This document shows positions 1-6,393 of a DNA stretch of 64,000 nucleotides, piece after piece; within the stretch, counting starts at the first letter, position 1, and every line of letters starts with the position of its first letter. The notes beneath the pieces were generated by a model. It did no database searches. It had not been told where the DNA came from and worked only from the letters and a program-made list of their open reading frames with translations. Both the position numbers and the translations under genes were made by a program. Source of the stretch: a virus (Duplodnaviria; Heunggongvirae; Uroviricota; Caudoviricetes); IMG/VR virus record IMGVR_UViG_3300045988_009865, positions 1-64,000 of that record, one strand, 5' to 3'.

Positions 1-427
1 TAAGTGCTCCACCTTCATTGACTGTTTGGTTTGTCGGTTGCTGAGTGATAACTGGTGGCTTAATGGCATCCTTCAACTTAGCATTCAACATTGAGAACGG
101 CTTAACTCTTGCCAACCATTCACAATACACTGTATCAACGTCTTTACCATTGATAATTGCATATTGTAAATCCATGAAGAAGTCAGAAGTTCTCATTTGA
201 GCACCGATGCTGTAAAGCAAATCATCACTAAAAGGTACTTTGTAGTCTGGTTTGTAGTCAAACTTCTCAACTTCTGCGATATCAGCTTCAGGCCAATATG
301 AACTATAGGTAAGTGGTAAAATAGCTTCTTGATATGTTCTAAAATCATATCTCTTACCAGCCTTTACATTTGCAATGAAACCCTTTACAAATTCTTTGAA
401 GTCTGGGTAAGTCTTTGCTTTAATCAT
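1..427 (-). CDS. hypothetical protein (N-terminal part; runs off window start), paralog of 424..795
   Basis: ATG at 427..425 overlaps upstream stop (ATGA); hand translation MIKAKTYPDFKEFVKG...FMDLQYAI shares motifs with the neighbouring product. Confidence 0.5.
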   Translation of the reverse strand, partial: MIKAKTYPDFKEFVKGFIANVKAGKRYDFRTYQEAILPLTYSSYWPEADIAEVEKFDYKPDYKVPFSDDLLYSIGAQMRTSDFFMDLQYAIINGKDVDTVYCEWLARVKPFSMLNAKLKDAIKPPVITQQPTNQTVNEGGAL

Positions 428-795
428 TTCTTTTTAGCCTCTAAACGTGCGTTTAATCTAAAATAACCTTTATGTTGTGGAGACACATCACTAACAACAA
501 TACCTTCAACTTTATAACCCTTACCAATTACATACTGGATATCCATGAGAAACGTACCAAGCCCGACAATGTGGAACATTGGGTATAGTAACTTATCTGA
601 ATCTGGGAGTTTAATTTCTGGGTTATAGGTGGGTTGTTCGGCAGTTGGTGTAATATCCTCTTCAGGCCATTTACTCATTCTCCATGTTAAAGGTGATGCA
701 ATAACATCGTTAAGATTGTATCTTTCACCATTCTCCACGGAGTGGATATAGGATTGTAGGAAGCAATAAAAGTCTTTTGCACTCTTAGCCTTCAT
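424..795 (-). CDS. hypothetical protein (tandem paralog)
   Basis: 123-aa ORF; shares K.(Y/F)....YQ..I...W.E.DI...LLY...FMD(I/L)QY motifs with 1..427 product. Confidence 0.55.
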   Translation of the reverse strand: MKAKSAKDFYCFLQSYIHSVENGERYNLNDVIASPLTWRMSKWPEEDITPTAEQPTYNPEIKLPDSDKLLYPMFHIVGLGTFLMDIQYVIGKGYKVEGIVVSDVSPQHKGYFRLNARLEAKKK

Positions 796-842
796 TAAAT
801 ATCCTTATAAACAGATAAAGGGGCATCAGCCCCTGTTTATAC

Positions 843-1433
843 TTAAGCTTTGGTCTTAAGTAGGTTCTTAAGTTTTTTGAGATTCATGCTCTCGTCAAAC
901 TTAAAACCAAATCCATTGACATAATCAATGAACTCGGATTTCTTGCTGAGTGATAGCGCGTAACTCATATCGAAGTTATTACTTGTTTCTGCGTCTGGAC
1001 TAGAGTTCACATCAAATGAAATTTCTGTAGGCTCTTGCTTGCTGTTTCTCATATTATCAATCAATAGACAGGTATAGTTTGCTGGATAGAAGTTAACACT
1101 ACCATCAACATATCCATACTTGTTATTGTGAATAAGGTTGGAAAATACCTTAAGAAATGTTTCTGAGTCGTGGCATACAAGTTTAAATTGACTGCATTCC
1201 CCAAGAGCCACTAAAGAGTAAGGGCTTTCACTATCAATGTCATAGTTTGGGTTTGATGTTGTAACCGTCACACGCATCAAGTTATTAGCAATAGTCTTCT
1301 GCTTGAAAGAATTTGGGACATAGTGAAGACCTCTATCACACTGATTAACTAACTCTTTCAATAGGTCATTTGCATATGGTGAATTAATTGATACAGAGCC
1401 ATCACTATTATAATTAAAACTTACTGTTAACAT
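843..1433 (-). CDS. hypothetical protein
   Basis: 196-aa ORF; AGGAGA RBS upstream of ATG on minus strand. Confidence 0.55.
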   Translation of the reverse strand: MLTVSFNYNSDGSVSINSPYANDLLKELVNQCDRGLHYVPNSFKQKTIANNLMRVTVTTSNPNYDIDSESPYSLVALGECSQFKLVCHDSETFLKVFSNLIHNNKYGYVDGSVNFYPANYTCLLIDNMRNSKQEPTEISFDVNSSPDAETSNNFDMSYALSLSKKSEFIDYVNGFGFKFDESMNLKKLKNLLKTKA

Positions 1434-1660
1434 TTTTCAGTTCTCCTGCGATTTATGATTTTGCTGCAATAGAGAAACGAAGTAAACTCACTGGAAGAAA
1501 CCATTAAGTGTTGTTCACTAGATTGAGCCATTGCCCTGAAATACATTCCAGTCAAAGCATCATAGTGACTATTCTTTCCAATTGAGGTTATATAGCCATG
1601 ACTCTTTGCAGTTTTATATAAATCTATAATATCTGCGATTTCTAATTGGGAACTACACAT
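1427..1660 (-). CDS. hypothetical protein
   Basis: 77-aa ORF; AGAGGA RBS; 7-nt overlap with downstream gene. Confidence 0.45.
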   Translation of the reverse strand: MCSSQLEIADIIDLYKTAKSHGYITSIGKNSHYDALTGMYFRAMAQSSEQHLMVSSSEFTSFLYCSKIINRRRTEKC

Positions 1661-1803
1661 AGATAATCCTCTTGTCTTCTGTAATTTTGAAAGAACAGGT
1701 ACAGACCAATTTCAGAGGATGAATAGTAGAGTAACTCTACCCTTTTTGATTCCTTACAGTGATTGGTATTTTTACCTTTCTTCGGGTTGTTTGATTTTCT
1801 CAT
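1642..1803 (-). CDS. hypothetical small basic protein
   Basis: ORF track start is TTG; internal ATG at 1803 has AAGGAGA RBS. Confidence 0.3.
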   Translation of the reverse strand: MRKSNNPKKGKNTNHCKESKRVELLYYSSSEIGLYLFFQNYRRQEDYLCVVPN

Positions 1804-1902
1804 TAAGTCTCCTTTGTAGAACAAGGCAGACCTACAGCTTTAAGTAAGATGGTACAGTAATCCATACAACAAGTCAAGAACTATTGCAAGTTAAAAAAGT
1901 TG

Positions 1903-1926
1903 TTGACAAAGGACTTGACAAGGTGT
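1903..1926 (+). promoter_or_regulatory. double-TTGACA element TTGACAAAGGACTTGACAAGGTGT preceded by A-rich tract
   Basis: near-identical 24-mer recurs at 44181..44204; upstream of first plus-strand early gene; no clean -10 at canonical spacing. Confidence 0.4.
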
Positions 1927-2052
1927 AGGCTTATAAATACTTAGAAGATAACTTAAAAGGTTCCTCTAAAAAGGCTATTTAAACAGATATCTTTCTGGAT
2001 ATCTATCTTTTATCTTAAAAGCCTTTTAAGAGGTCTTATAAGAGGCATACCA

Positions 2053-2424
2053 ATGAAAAACAGAACAAACAAAGGCCAGTTTAAAAAAGGACAGTCTGGT
2101 AACCCATCTGGAAGACCGAAAGGCTCTCGTAACAAAAGCTCACTTGTAAAAGCTCAACTGACCATTGATAATTCTGCTGAGTTTGCTGCAAAGTTGTTTG
2201 AGGCGATTGTTACAAGGGACGCTGCTAAGCTTGCAGAGTTCGGTTTAAACACAGATGACGTAACCATCAAGAGCATGATTGAGGTCGGTAAAACTATCAT
2301 GACTCACTCAGCAGGTGAGATGAAAGCAATTGCAGCAGATACTAAGAAAACCCCTGATAATGGTGGTCAACCACAGACAGATAACAAACCAACGTTCTCT
2401 GCTGTAGCGACTCTCAAAAAATAA
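2053..2424 (+). CDS. hypothetical basic protein (N-terminal GQSGNPSGRPKG motif)
   Basis: 123-aa ORF; Lys/Arg-rich N-terminus. Confidence 0.55.
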   Translation: MKNRTNKGQFKKGQSGNPSGRPKGSRNKSSLVKAQLTIDNSAEFAAKLFEAIVTRDAAKLAEFGLNTDDVTIKSMIEVGKTIMTHSAGEMKAIAADTKKTPDNGGQPQTDNKPTFSAVATLKK

Positions 2425-2436
2425 TTTTAAAAGGTG

Positions 2437-2466
2437 TTGACAGACTCTACAAAGTTGCTCTAAAGT
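2437..2466 (+). promoter_or_regulatory. sigma70-like promoter (TTGACA, 18-nt spacer, TAAAGT) with AAAGTTTTAAAAGG-type A/T tract upstream
   Basis: -35 2437..2442, -10 2461..2466; 9-bp inverted repeat TGACAGACT/AGTCTGTCA (2438..2446 / 2464..2472) overlaps it. Confidence 0.5.
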
Positions 2467-2504
2467 CTGTCACATCAAACAACAATGAGCGAAGAGAGTA
2501 AAAT

Positions 2505-3920
2505 ATGAGCGAGTTATTCAAACATGCGCACCTTCATGCAGGTCGAACTGAAAATGGTGCTGTAAACCATACTTCATCAATGTCTGCTCTGGTAGACTTT
2601 TACAAAGCCGCTGGCTCAAGCCGTAGCAATGTAGAAATCTTACCAGACCTGTTCTACAAAGCTTTGCGTGAGGATGTTGATGTTGCAGTTCGTATTTTAC
2701 TGCATATGCGAGATGTACGAGAAGGCATGGGTGAGCGTAAAGCTTTCCGAACTGTTTTACTTCAAGCGATTGAAGATAAGGTTTTAGAGCCTACACAGGT
2801 TCTTCGTATTATGGATAAGATTGCAGAACTTGGTCGTTTTGATGACTTCAAAATCTTCGTAGGTACTCGTTTTGAGACAGATGCCTTCAAACATTTAGAA
2901 GCAGCATTACTAGACCCTGCAACAGCAGGTTTAGCAGCTAAGTGGTTACCACGAGTAAAACCACGCCACAAACAGTTTGTAAAACGTTTCTGTAAGTTTG
3001 CAAACTTAAGCGAGAAAGAGTATCGCACACTGTTATCTGCACTGTCTGATACGGTTGAGCAAAAAATCTCTGCGAATGAGTTTGGTAAGATTGACTACAG
3101 CAAGATTCCTTCACTCGCTGCTGCACGTTACCAAAAACTCTTTAACCGTAAAGATGGAGAACGTTACAAAGCTTACATCGAATCACTATCAAAGGGTGAG
3201 GCTAAGATTAACGCTGGTGCTGTTTACCCATATGATGTGATTAAATCTATTAAGTATGGTAATGCAGATGTTGCTAATGAGCAGTGGAAAGCACTTCCAA
3301 ACTGGATGGCAGAAGGTGAAAACATCTTGTGTATGACTGATGTTTCAAGCTCAATGTCTTGGGTAAATCTTGGCTCAATTACTGCCCTTGATATTGGTGT
3401 ATCACTTGCCTTGTATGTAGCAGAACGCAATACAGGTTGCTTTAAAGATGAGTTAATGGTCTATTCAACAAACCCTCATTTCATTGAACTGAGTGGTGAT
3501 TTACGAAACCGTCATCGTCAGGTAATGCGTCATGTTGAATATGGTTCAACTAACTTACAAGCAGCTTTTGACCGTATTCTTGAGATAGGTAAGAGAAACA
3601 ACTTGACTCAGAAAGATATGCCAAGTAAGCTTATTATCTTCTCTGATATGGAGTTTAATCAGGTTGATGGTGCAAATGGTCGTACAAACTTTGAAGCAAT
3701 TCAGAGTAAGTACAAAAAAGCTGGATACGAAATGCCACAACTGGTATTCTGGTACTTAGCAAACCGTAATGGTACTTGCGAAGTATCCGTTAAGGATAAC
3801 GGTGTAGCAATGGTATCAGGGTTCTCTCCAGCCACTTTAAAAGCTCTGCTTGGTGGTGAGAAGTTTGACCCAATCAGCGTAATGCTCAAAGCAGTAATGA
3901 TTGACCGTTATATCTGGTAA
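2505..3920 (+). CDS. von Willebrand factor A (MIDAS) domain protein
   Basis: 471 aa; DxSxS MIDAS motif in MTDVSSSMSW; GAGAG RBS; N-terminal domain not recognised. Confidence 0.6.
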   Translation: MSELFKHAHLHAGRTENGAVNHTSSMSALVDFYKAAGSSRSNVEILPDLFYKALREDVDVAVRILLHMRDVREGMGERKAFRTVLLQAIEDKVLEPTQVLRIMDKIAELGRFDDFKIFVGTRFETDAFKHLEAALLDPATAGLAAKWLPRVKPRHKQFVKRFCKFANLSEKEYRTLLSALSDTVEQKISANEFGKIDYSKIPSLAAARYQKLFNRKDGERYKAYIESLSKGEAKINAGAVYPYDVIKSIKYGNADVANEQWKALPNWMAEGENILCMTDVSSSMSWVNLGSITALDIGVSLALYVAERNTGCFKDELMVYSTNPHFIELSGDLRNRHRQVMRHVEYGSTNLQAAFDRILEIGKRNNLTQKDMPSKLIIFSDMEFNQVDGANGRTNFEAIQSKYKKAGYEMPQLVFWYLANRNGTCEVSVKDNGVAMVSGFSPATLKALLGGEKFDPISVMLKAVMIDRYIW

Positions 3921-3938
3921 AAAGTTTTAAAAAGGGTA

Positions 3939-3967
3939 TTGACAATGTGTTTAATACCCTTTAATAT
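3939..3967 (+). promoter_or_regulatory. sigma70-like promoter (TTGACA, 17-nt spacer, TAATAT)
   Basis: -35 3939..3944, -10 3962..3967; 7-bp inverted repeat GGGTATT/AATACCC overlaps -35; TTTTAAAAAGGG tract upstream. Confidence 0.55.
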
Positions 3968-4028
3968 GTTCTACATAGAAACGAAATGAGAGCTTTTCTA
4001 AGATACTGAAAAATATTTTAAAAAGTTC

Positions 4029-4058
4029 TTGACAACCACTAAAAAATAATGTTAAAGT
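4029..4058 (+). promoter_or_regulatory. sigma70-like promoter for the tRNA cluster (TTGACA, 18-nt spacer, TAAAGT)
   Basis: -35 4029..4034; inverted repeat AACCACT/AGTGGTT overlaps spacer and -10; first tRNA begins about 27 nt downstream. Confidence 0.5.
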
Positions 4059-4084
4059 GGTTACATAGAGTTTGAAAAGTTTAT

Positions 4085-4161
4085 CTCTGTTTAGCTCAGC
4101 TTGGTAGAGCGTTCCGTTTGGGGCGGTAAGGCCGGAGGTTCAAGTCCTCCAACAGAGACCA
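4085..4161 (+). tRNA. tRNA-Pro (anticodon TGG)
   Basis: 7-bp acceptor CTCTGTT/AACAGAG, D-arm TAGCTCAGCTTGGTAGAGC, loop TTTGGGG, T-arm GGAGGTTCAAGTCCTCC, encoded CCA. Confidence 0.75.
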
Positions 4162-4168
4162 AATTAAT

Positions 4169-4246
4169 GTTCCAGTAGACAAAACGGTAAAGTCACCACT
4201 CTTTCAAAGTGGATATTTGAGGGTTCAAATCCCTTCTGGAACGCCA
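4169..4246 (+). tRNA. tRNA-Glu (anticodon TTC)
   Basis: acceptor GTTCCAG/CTGGAAC, anticodon arm CCACT-CTTTCAA-AGTGG, T-loop TTCAAAT, CCA. Confidence 0.8.
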
Positions 4247-4251
4247 GTTTT

Positions 4252-4327
4252 GACAGAAGACCAATTACAGCAAACTTAATCTTATTCATCTGACACGAAA
4301 TCGGACAAAGAAGAGATTTGGTCTGGT
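4252..4327 (+). repeat. covarying stem element copy 1 (CAGAAGACCAA ... TTGGTCTGG)
   Basis: AGACCAA 4258..4264 pairs with TTGGTCT 4318..4324; conserved ACAGCAA after 5' arm. Confidence 0.6.
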
Positions 4328-4337
4328 CATTAAGAAT

Positions 4338-4414
4338 TGCGGGTATAGAGAAAGGGCGTCTCACATGTCTCATTAGCATGGTATCGGCAGGTTCGACTCC
4401 TGCACCCGCCTCCA
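4338..4414 (+). tRNA. tRNA with CAT anticodon (Met or Ile2); register of acceptor ambiguous
   Basis: D-stem GAGA/TCTC, anticodon arm CATGT-CTCATTA-GCATG, T-arm GCAGGTTCGACTCCTGC, CCA; 1-72 mismatch or 6-bp acceptor. Confidence 0.5.
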
Positions 4415-4420
4415 ATTTTG

Positions 4421-4480
4421 CAGAAGACCGTATGCAGCAATAAACTACTTTTTGCGGATAAAAGAAAAAACACGGTCTGG
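4421..4480 (+). repeat. covarying stem element copy 2 (CAGAAGACCGT ... ACGGTCTGG)
   Basis: AGACCGT 4425..4431 pairs with ACGGTCT 4472..4478. Confidence 0.6.
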
Positions 4481-4491
4481 CAATGTATTAA

Positions 4492-4568
4492 GGTTAGGAA
4501 GCACATAAGGTATGTGCGGTCGCCTGTTAAGCGAATGGCACAGGGTTCGAATCCCTGACTAACCGCCA
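4492..4568 (+). tRNA. tRNA-Asn (anticodon GTT)
   Basis: acceptor GGTTAGG/ACTAACC (6/7), loop CTGTTAA, T-arm CAGGGTTCGAATCCCTG, CCA. Confidence 0.75.
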
Positions 4569-4577
4569 AATTTAAAT

Positions 4578-4665
4578 GTGTCGTTATCCCGTAGATGGTA
4601 GCGGTGGGGACTGTAAATCCCTTGTCATTGAGACTCGGTAGGTTCGACTCCTACACGGCACACCA
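4578..4665 (+). tRNA. tRNA-Tyr (anticodon GTA), long variable arm
   Basis: acceptor GTGTCGT/ACGGCAC, anticodon arm GGGGA-CTGTAAA-TCCCT, 15-nt variable arm, T-arm GTAGGTTCGACTCCTAC, CCA. Confidence 0.65.
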
Positions 4666-4671
4666 AATAAA

Positions 4672-4749
4672 GGTTATGTAGTTTAATCTGGTTAAAATAC
4701 TCCCCTGTCACGGGAGATGATGAGGGTTCAAATCCCTTCGTAACCGCCA
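4672..4749 (+). tRNA. tRNA-Asp (anticodon GTC)
   Basis: acceptor GGTTATG/CGTAACC, anticodon arm CTCCC-CTGTCAC-GGGAG, T-loop TTCAAAT, CCA. Confidence 0.8.
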
Positions 4750-4835
4750 AATTATAATAAGTATTTCAAGATGATGTTTTGAGAGGGCTATTTAGCCCCT
4801 CCCTTAAAGAGTTCTTACGAGTATTCTTTAAAGGA

Positions 4836-4910
4836 GCAGAAGACCAAATACAGCAAGTTACTTAAAATTTCAAGCCAATTTAATTTTGAAAAATTTAAAA
4901 CTTGGTCTGG
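4836..4910 (+). repeat. covarying stem element copy 3 (CAGAAGACCAA ... TTGGTCTGG) enclosing palindrome TTTCAAG..TTTTGAAA
   Basis: AGACCAA 4840..4846 pairs with TTGGTCT 4902..4908. Confidence 0.6.
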
Positions 4911-4923
4911 CTCAACAAATTTA

Positions 4924-5055
4924 CAGAAGACCGTTTACAGCAAAAACTAAACAATCTATTTCTCCGGTAAAGAAAAGGCGAAGGTTCGATTCCTTCACTC
5001 GGCAGATGTCGAGTTGGTGTAATGGTAGCACTTAAGATGATAAACAACGGTCTGG
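4924..5055 (+). repeat. covarying stem element copy 4 (CAGAAGACCGTT ... AACGGTCTGG) enclosing the permuted tRNA-like locus
   Basis: AGACCGTT 4928..4935 pairs with AACGGTCT 5046..5053 (8 bp). Confidence 0.6.
4959..5032 (+). pseudogene. circularly permuted tRNA-Thr(GGT)-like locus: 3' half, GAT linker, 5' half
   Basis: 3' half 4959..5004: anticodon arm TTTCT-CCGGTAA-AGAAA, T-arm GAAGG-TTCGATT-CCTTC, acceptor 3' ACTCGGC, A73; 5' half 5008..5032: acceptor 5' GTCGAGT (7/7 with one G.U), D-arm GTGT-AATGGTA-GCAC; C at position 33. Confidence 0.45.
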
Positions 5056-5062
5056 TAATTGT

Positions 5063-5194
5063 CTTTGTAGATAAGTTATTAAGCTTACCTGTGAGTATGC
5101 GACCACAAAGGGTGAAAGGGTAAATTCTAGATTTAAACCCAACAAGGCACATCGCTACAGACCTTAAGCAAGTCTGGGTAGCTTATCTACAAAG
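5063..5194 (+). ncRNA. long imperfect hairpin element (possible small structured RNA)
   Basis: 13-bp inverted repeat CTTTGTAGATAAG 5063..5075 / CTTATCTACAAAG 5182..5194 closing about 105 nt; no tRNA fold. Confidence 0.3.
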
Positions 5195-5204
5195 ATAATT
5201 TAAT

Positions 5205-5280
5205 GGAAGTGTAGCAGAATGGTGATGCGGCAGACTTTTAATCTGACAGGCGATGGGTTCGAATCCCTCCACTTCTACCA
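5205..5280 (+). tRNA. tRNA-Lys (anticodon TTT)
   Basis: acceptor GGAAGTG/CACTTCT (G1.U72), loop CTTTTAA, T-loop TTCGAAT, CCA. Confidence 0.7.
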
Positions 5281-5284
5281 ATAT

Positions 5285-5361
5285 GGTTCAGTCGCAGATA
5301 AGGTAATGCAGGGGTCTCATAAGCTCTATGAATGTGGGTTCGATTCCCATCTGAACCTCCA
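5285..5361 (+). tRNA. tRNA with CAT anticodon (Met or Ile2)
   Basis: perfect acceptor GGTTCAG/CTGAACC, loop CTCATAA, T-arm GTGGGTTCGATTCCCAT, CCA; anticodon stem has wobble pairs. Confidence 0.6.
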
Positions 5362-5362
5362 A

Positions 5363-5438
5363 GCTGGTATAGTTAAGAAGGTTATAACACTCCCCTGATA
5401 AGGGAACATCGGTGGTTCGATTCCACCTACCAGTACCA
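5363..5438 (+). tRNA. tRNA-Ile (anticodon GAT)
   Basis: acceptor GCTGGTA/TACCAGT, loop CTGATAA, T-arm GGTGGTTCGATTCCACC, CCA. Confidence 0.75.
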
Positions 5439-5453
5439 ATTTCAATAAAGTTG

Positions 5454-5482
5454 TTGACATTGAGATGCGACTACTTTATAGT
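5454..5482 (+). promoter_or_regulatory. sigma70-like promoter (TTGACA, 17-nt spacer, TATAGT)
   Basis: -35 5454..5459, -10 5477..5482; directly downstream of tRNA-Ile; drives region holding the tag-like mini-ORF and tRNA-like element. Confidence 0.55.
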
Positions 5483-5531
5483 AACCTTAGTTTTCGTTGC
5501 GTAGCGTCTATTTTGCAAATTTAAAATAAAT

Positions 5532-5567
5532 GCAAACGACAATGTTTTTCTGGCAGTAGCTTGATAG
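5532..5567 (+). other. tmRNA-tag-like mini reading frame GCA AAC GAC AAT GTT TTT CTG GCA GTA GCT TGA TAG (ANDNVFLAVA, double stop)
   Basis: starts with GCA and encodes an AND-initial, Ala-rich decapeptide with tandem stops, resembling tmRNA resume/tag frames; no ATG or RBS in frame. Confidence 0.3.
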
Positions 5568-5715
5568 GCTAAACACCAGTGAGGTCTTCCAATCCCTCAT
5601 CAAAGAATTTGGCGTACTAGCCCACGGTATGATTAATAAGGTGGGCAACATTCTAAAGGGTATCCCTTATGGGGCTTGGCTTAAATGCAATGAGTACCCT
5701 TTAAAATGTTAATTA

Positions 5716-5797
5716 CGGGGCGTATCTCAGCGGTCTTCTAAACCGCCGTTAACCGAGTAAGTGGAGTATGCGGGTTCGAGTCCTGCCGCCTCGACCA
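5716..5797 (+). ncRNA. aberrant tRNA-like structure: Ala-type acceptor (G3.U70, A73, CCA), Arg-type loop (CTTCTAA), no canonical D-arm, 23-nt extra segment
   Basis: acceptor CGGGGCG/CGCCTCG 7/7 with G3.U70; perfect hairpin GCGGT-CTTCTAA-ACCGC; T-arm GCGGG-TTCGAGT-CCTGC; only 7 nt between acceptor and anticodon-like stem. Confidence 0.5.
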
Positions 5798-5813
5798 ATT
5801 TTGGATGAAATCA

Positions 5814-6160
5814 TGAAAACTTGTATTAGGTGCAAACTTAGCAAGGATGAAAGTGATTTCTACATGAAAGATGGTAGGAGAACTCATTCATACTGTAAAA
5901 AGTGTGTTAATGAGCAAACCATAGAAAGACAAAGAGCACTTAAACTTTCAGCTATTGAGTACAAAGGTGGGATTTGTCATGATTGTGGTAAAAGGTATCA
6001 TCCAGCAGTGTATGACTTCCATCATTTGAATCCTTCAGAGAAAGATTTTAACATTGGTCATAGAAAAAGTCTTAAGTTCTCTCAGGAGCTAAAAGATGAA
6101 CTTGACAAATGTGTTTTGCTATGTTCAAATTGCCATAGGGTAAGACATGCAAAGTATTAG
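5814..6160 (+). CDS. HNH homing endonuclease
   Basis: CxxC...CxxC zinc motifs and YDFHHLNPSEKDFNIG...LLCSNCHR HNH core; ATG at 5814 preferred over track start 5768, which lies inside the tRNA-like element. Confidence 0.7.
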
Positions 6161-6297
6161 TTAGCAGATTGCTTAGACGACCTTATCGGGTCTCCGTGTA
6201 AGGAGGTGGTCTGTATCTCATGTTTTCCAGAACATGTAAATAATCTGAGAAGGGGCTTTACAGTGTTGCGAAAATACGGTAAGCTTCGAATTATAGT

Positions 6298-6380
6298 GTG
6301 GGACGATGTTAAGACTCTAAGGCATGAGCAACGGCCTCCAAAACCGTTTCAAAGGGGTTCAACTCCTCCGTCCCATGCCA
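6298..6380 (+). tRNA. tRNA-Trp (anticodon CCA)-like with about 7 extra nt in the D region
   Basis: acceptor GTGGGAC/GTCCCAT (G1.U72), loop CTCCAAA, T-arm AGGGGTTCAACTCCTCC, CCA; D region 26 nt rather than about 19. Confidence 0.45.
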
Positions 6381-6393
6381 AAGTCTTATTAGG

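Noticed and set aside
1905-1950. Simple sigma70 promoter assignment for the double-TTGACA element
   Set aside because: No TAnnnT hexamer sits at 16-18 nt from either TTGACA consistently across the two copies; recorded as a conserved motif rather than a called promoter.
2437-4062. Promoter-overlapping palindromes as operators for one shared repressor
   Set aside because: Each palindrome has a different sequence, so a single sequence-specific repressor is unlikely.
5440-5797. Canonical one-piece tmRNA gene
   Set aside because: No acceptor 5' strand complementary to CGCCTCG upstream of the tag-like frame; the only matching 5' strand (5716..5722) is downstream of the tag, so standard topology is not met. 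Kept only as a hypothesis.
5768-5813. Track start at 5768 for the HNH endonuclease gene
   Set aside because: Lies inside the T-arm of the tRNA-like element; ATG at 5814 gives the same product without overlap.
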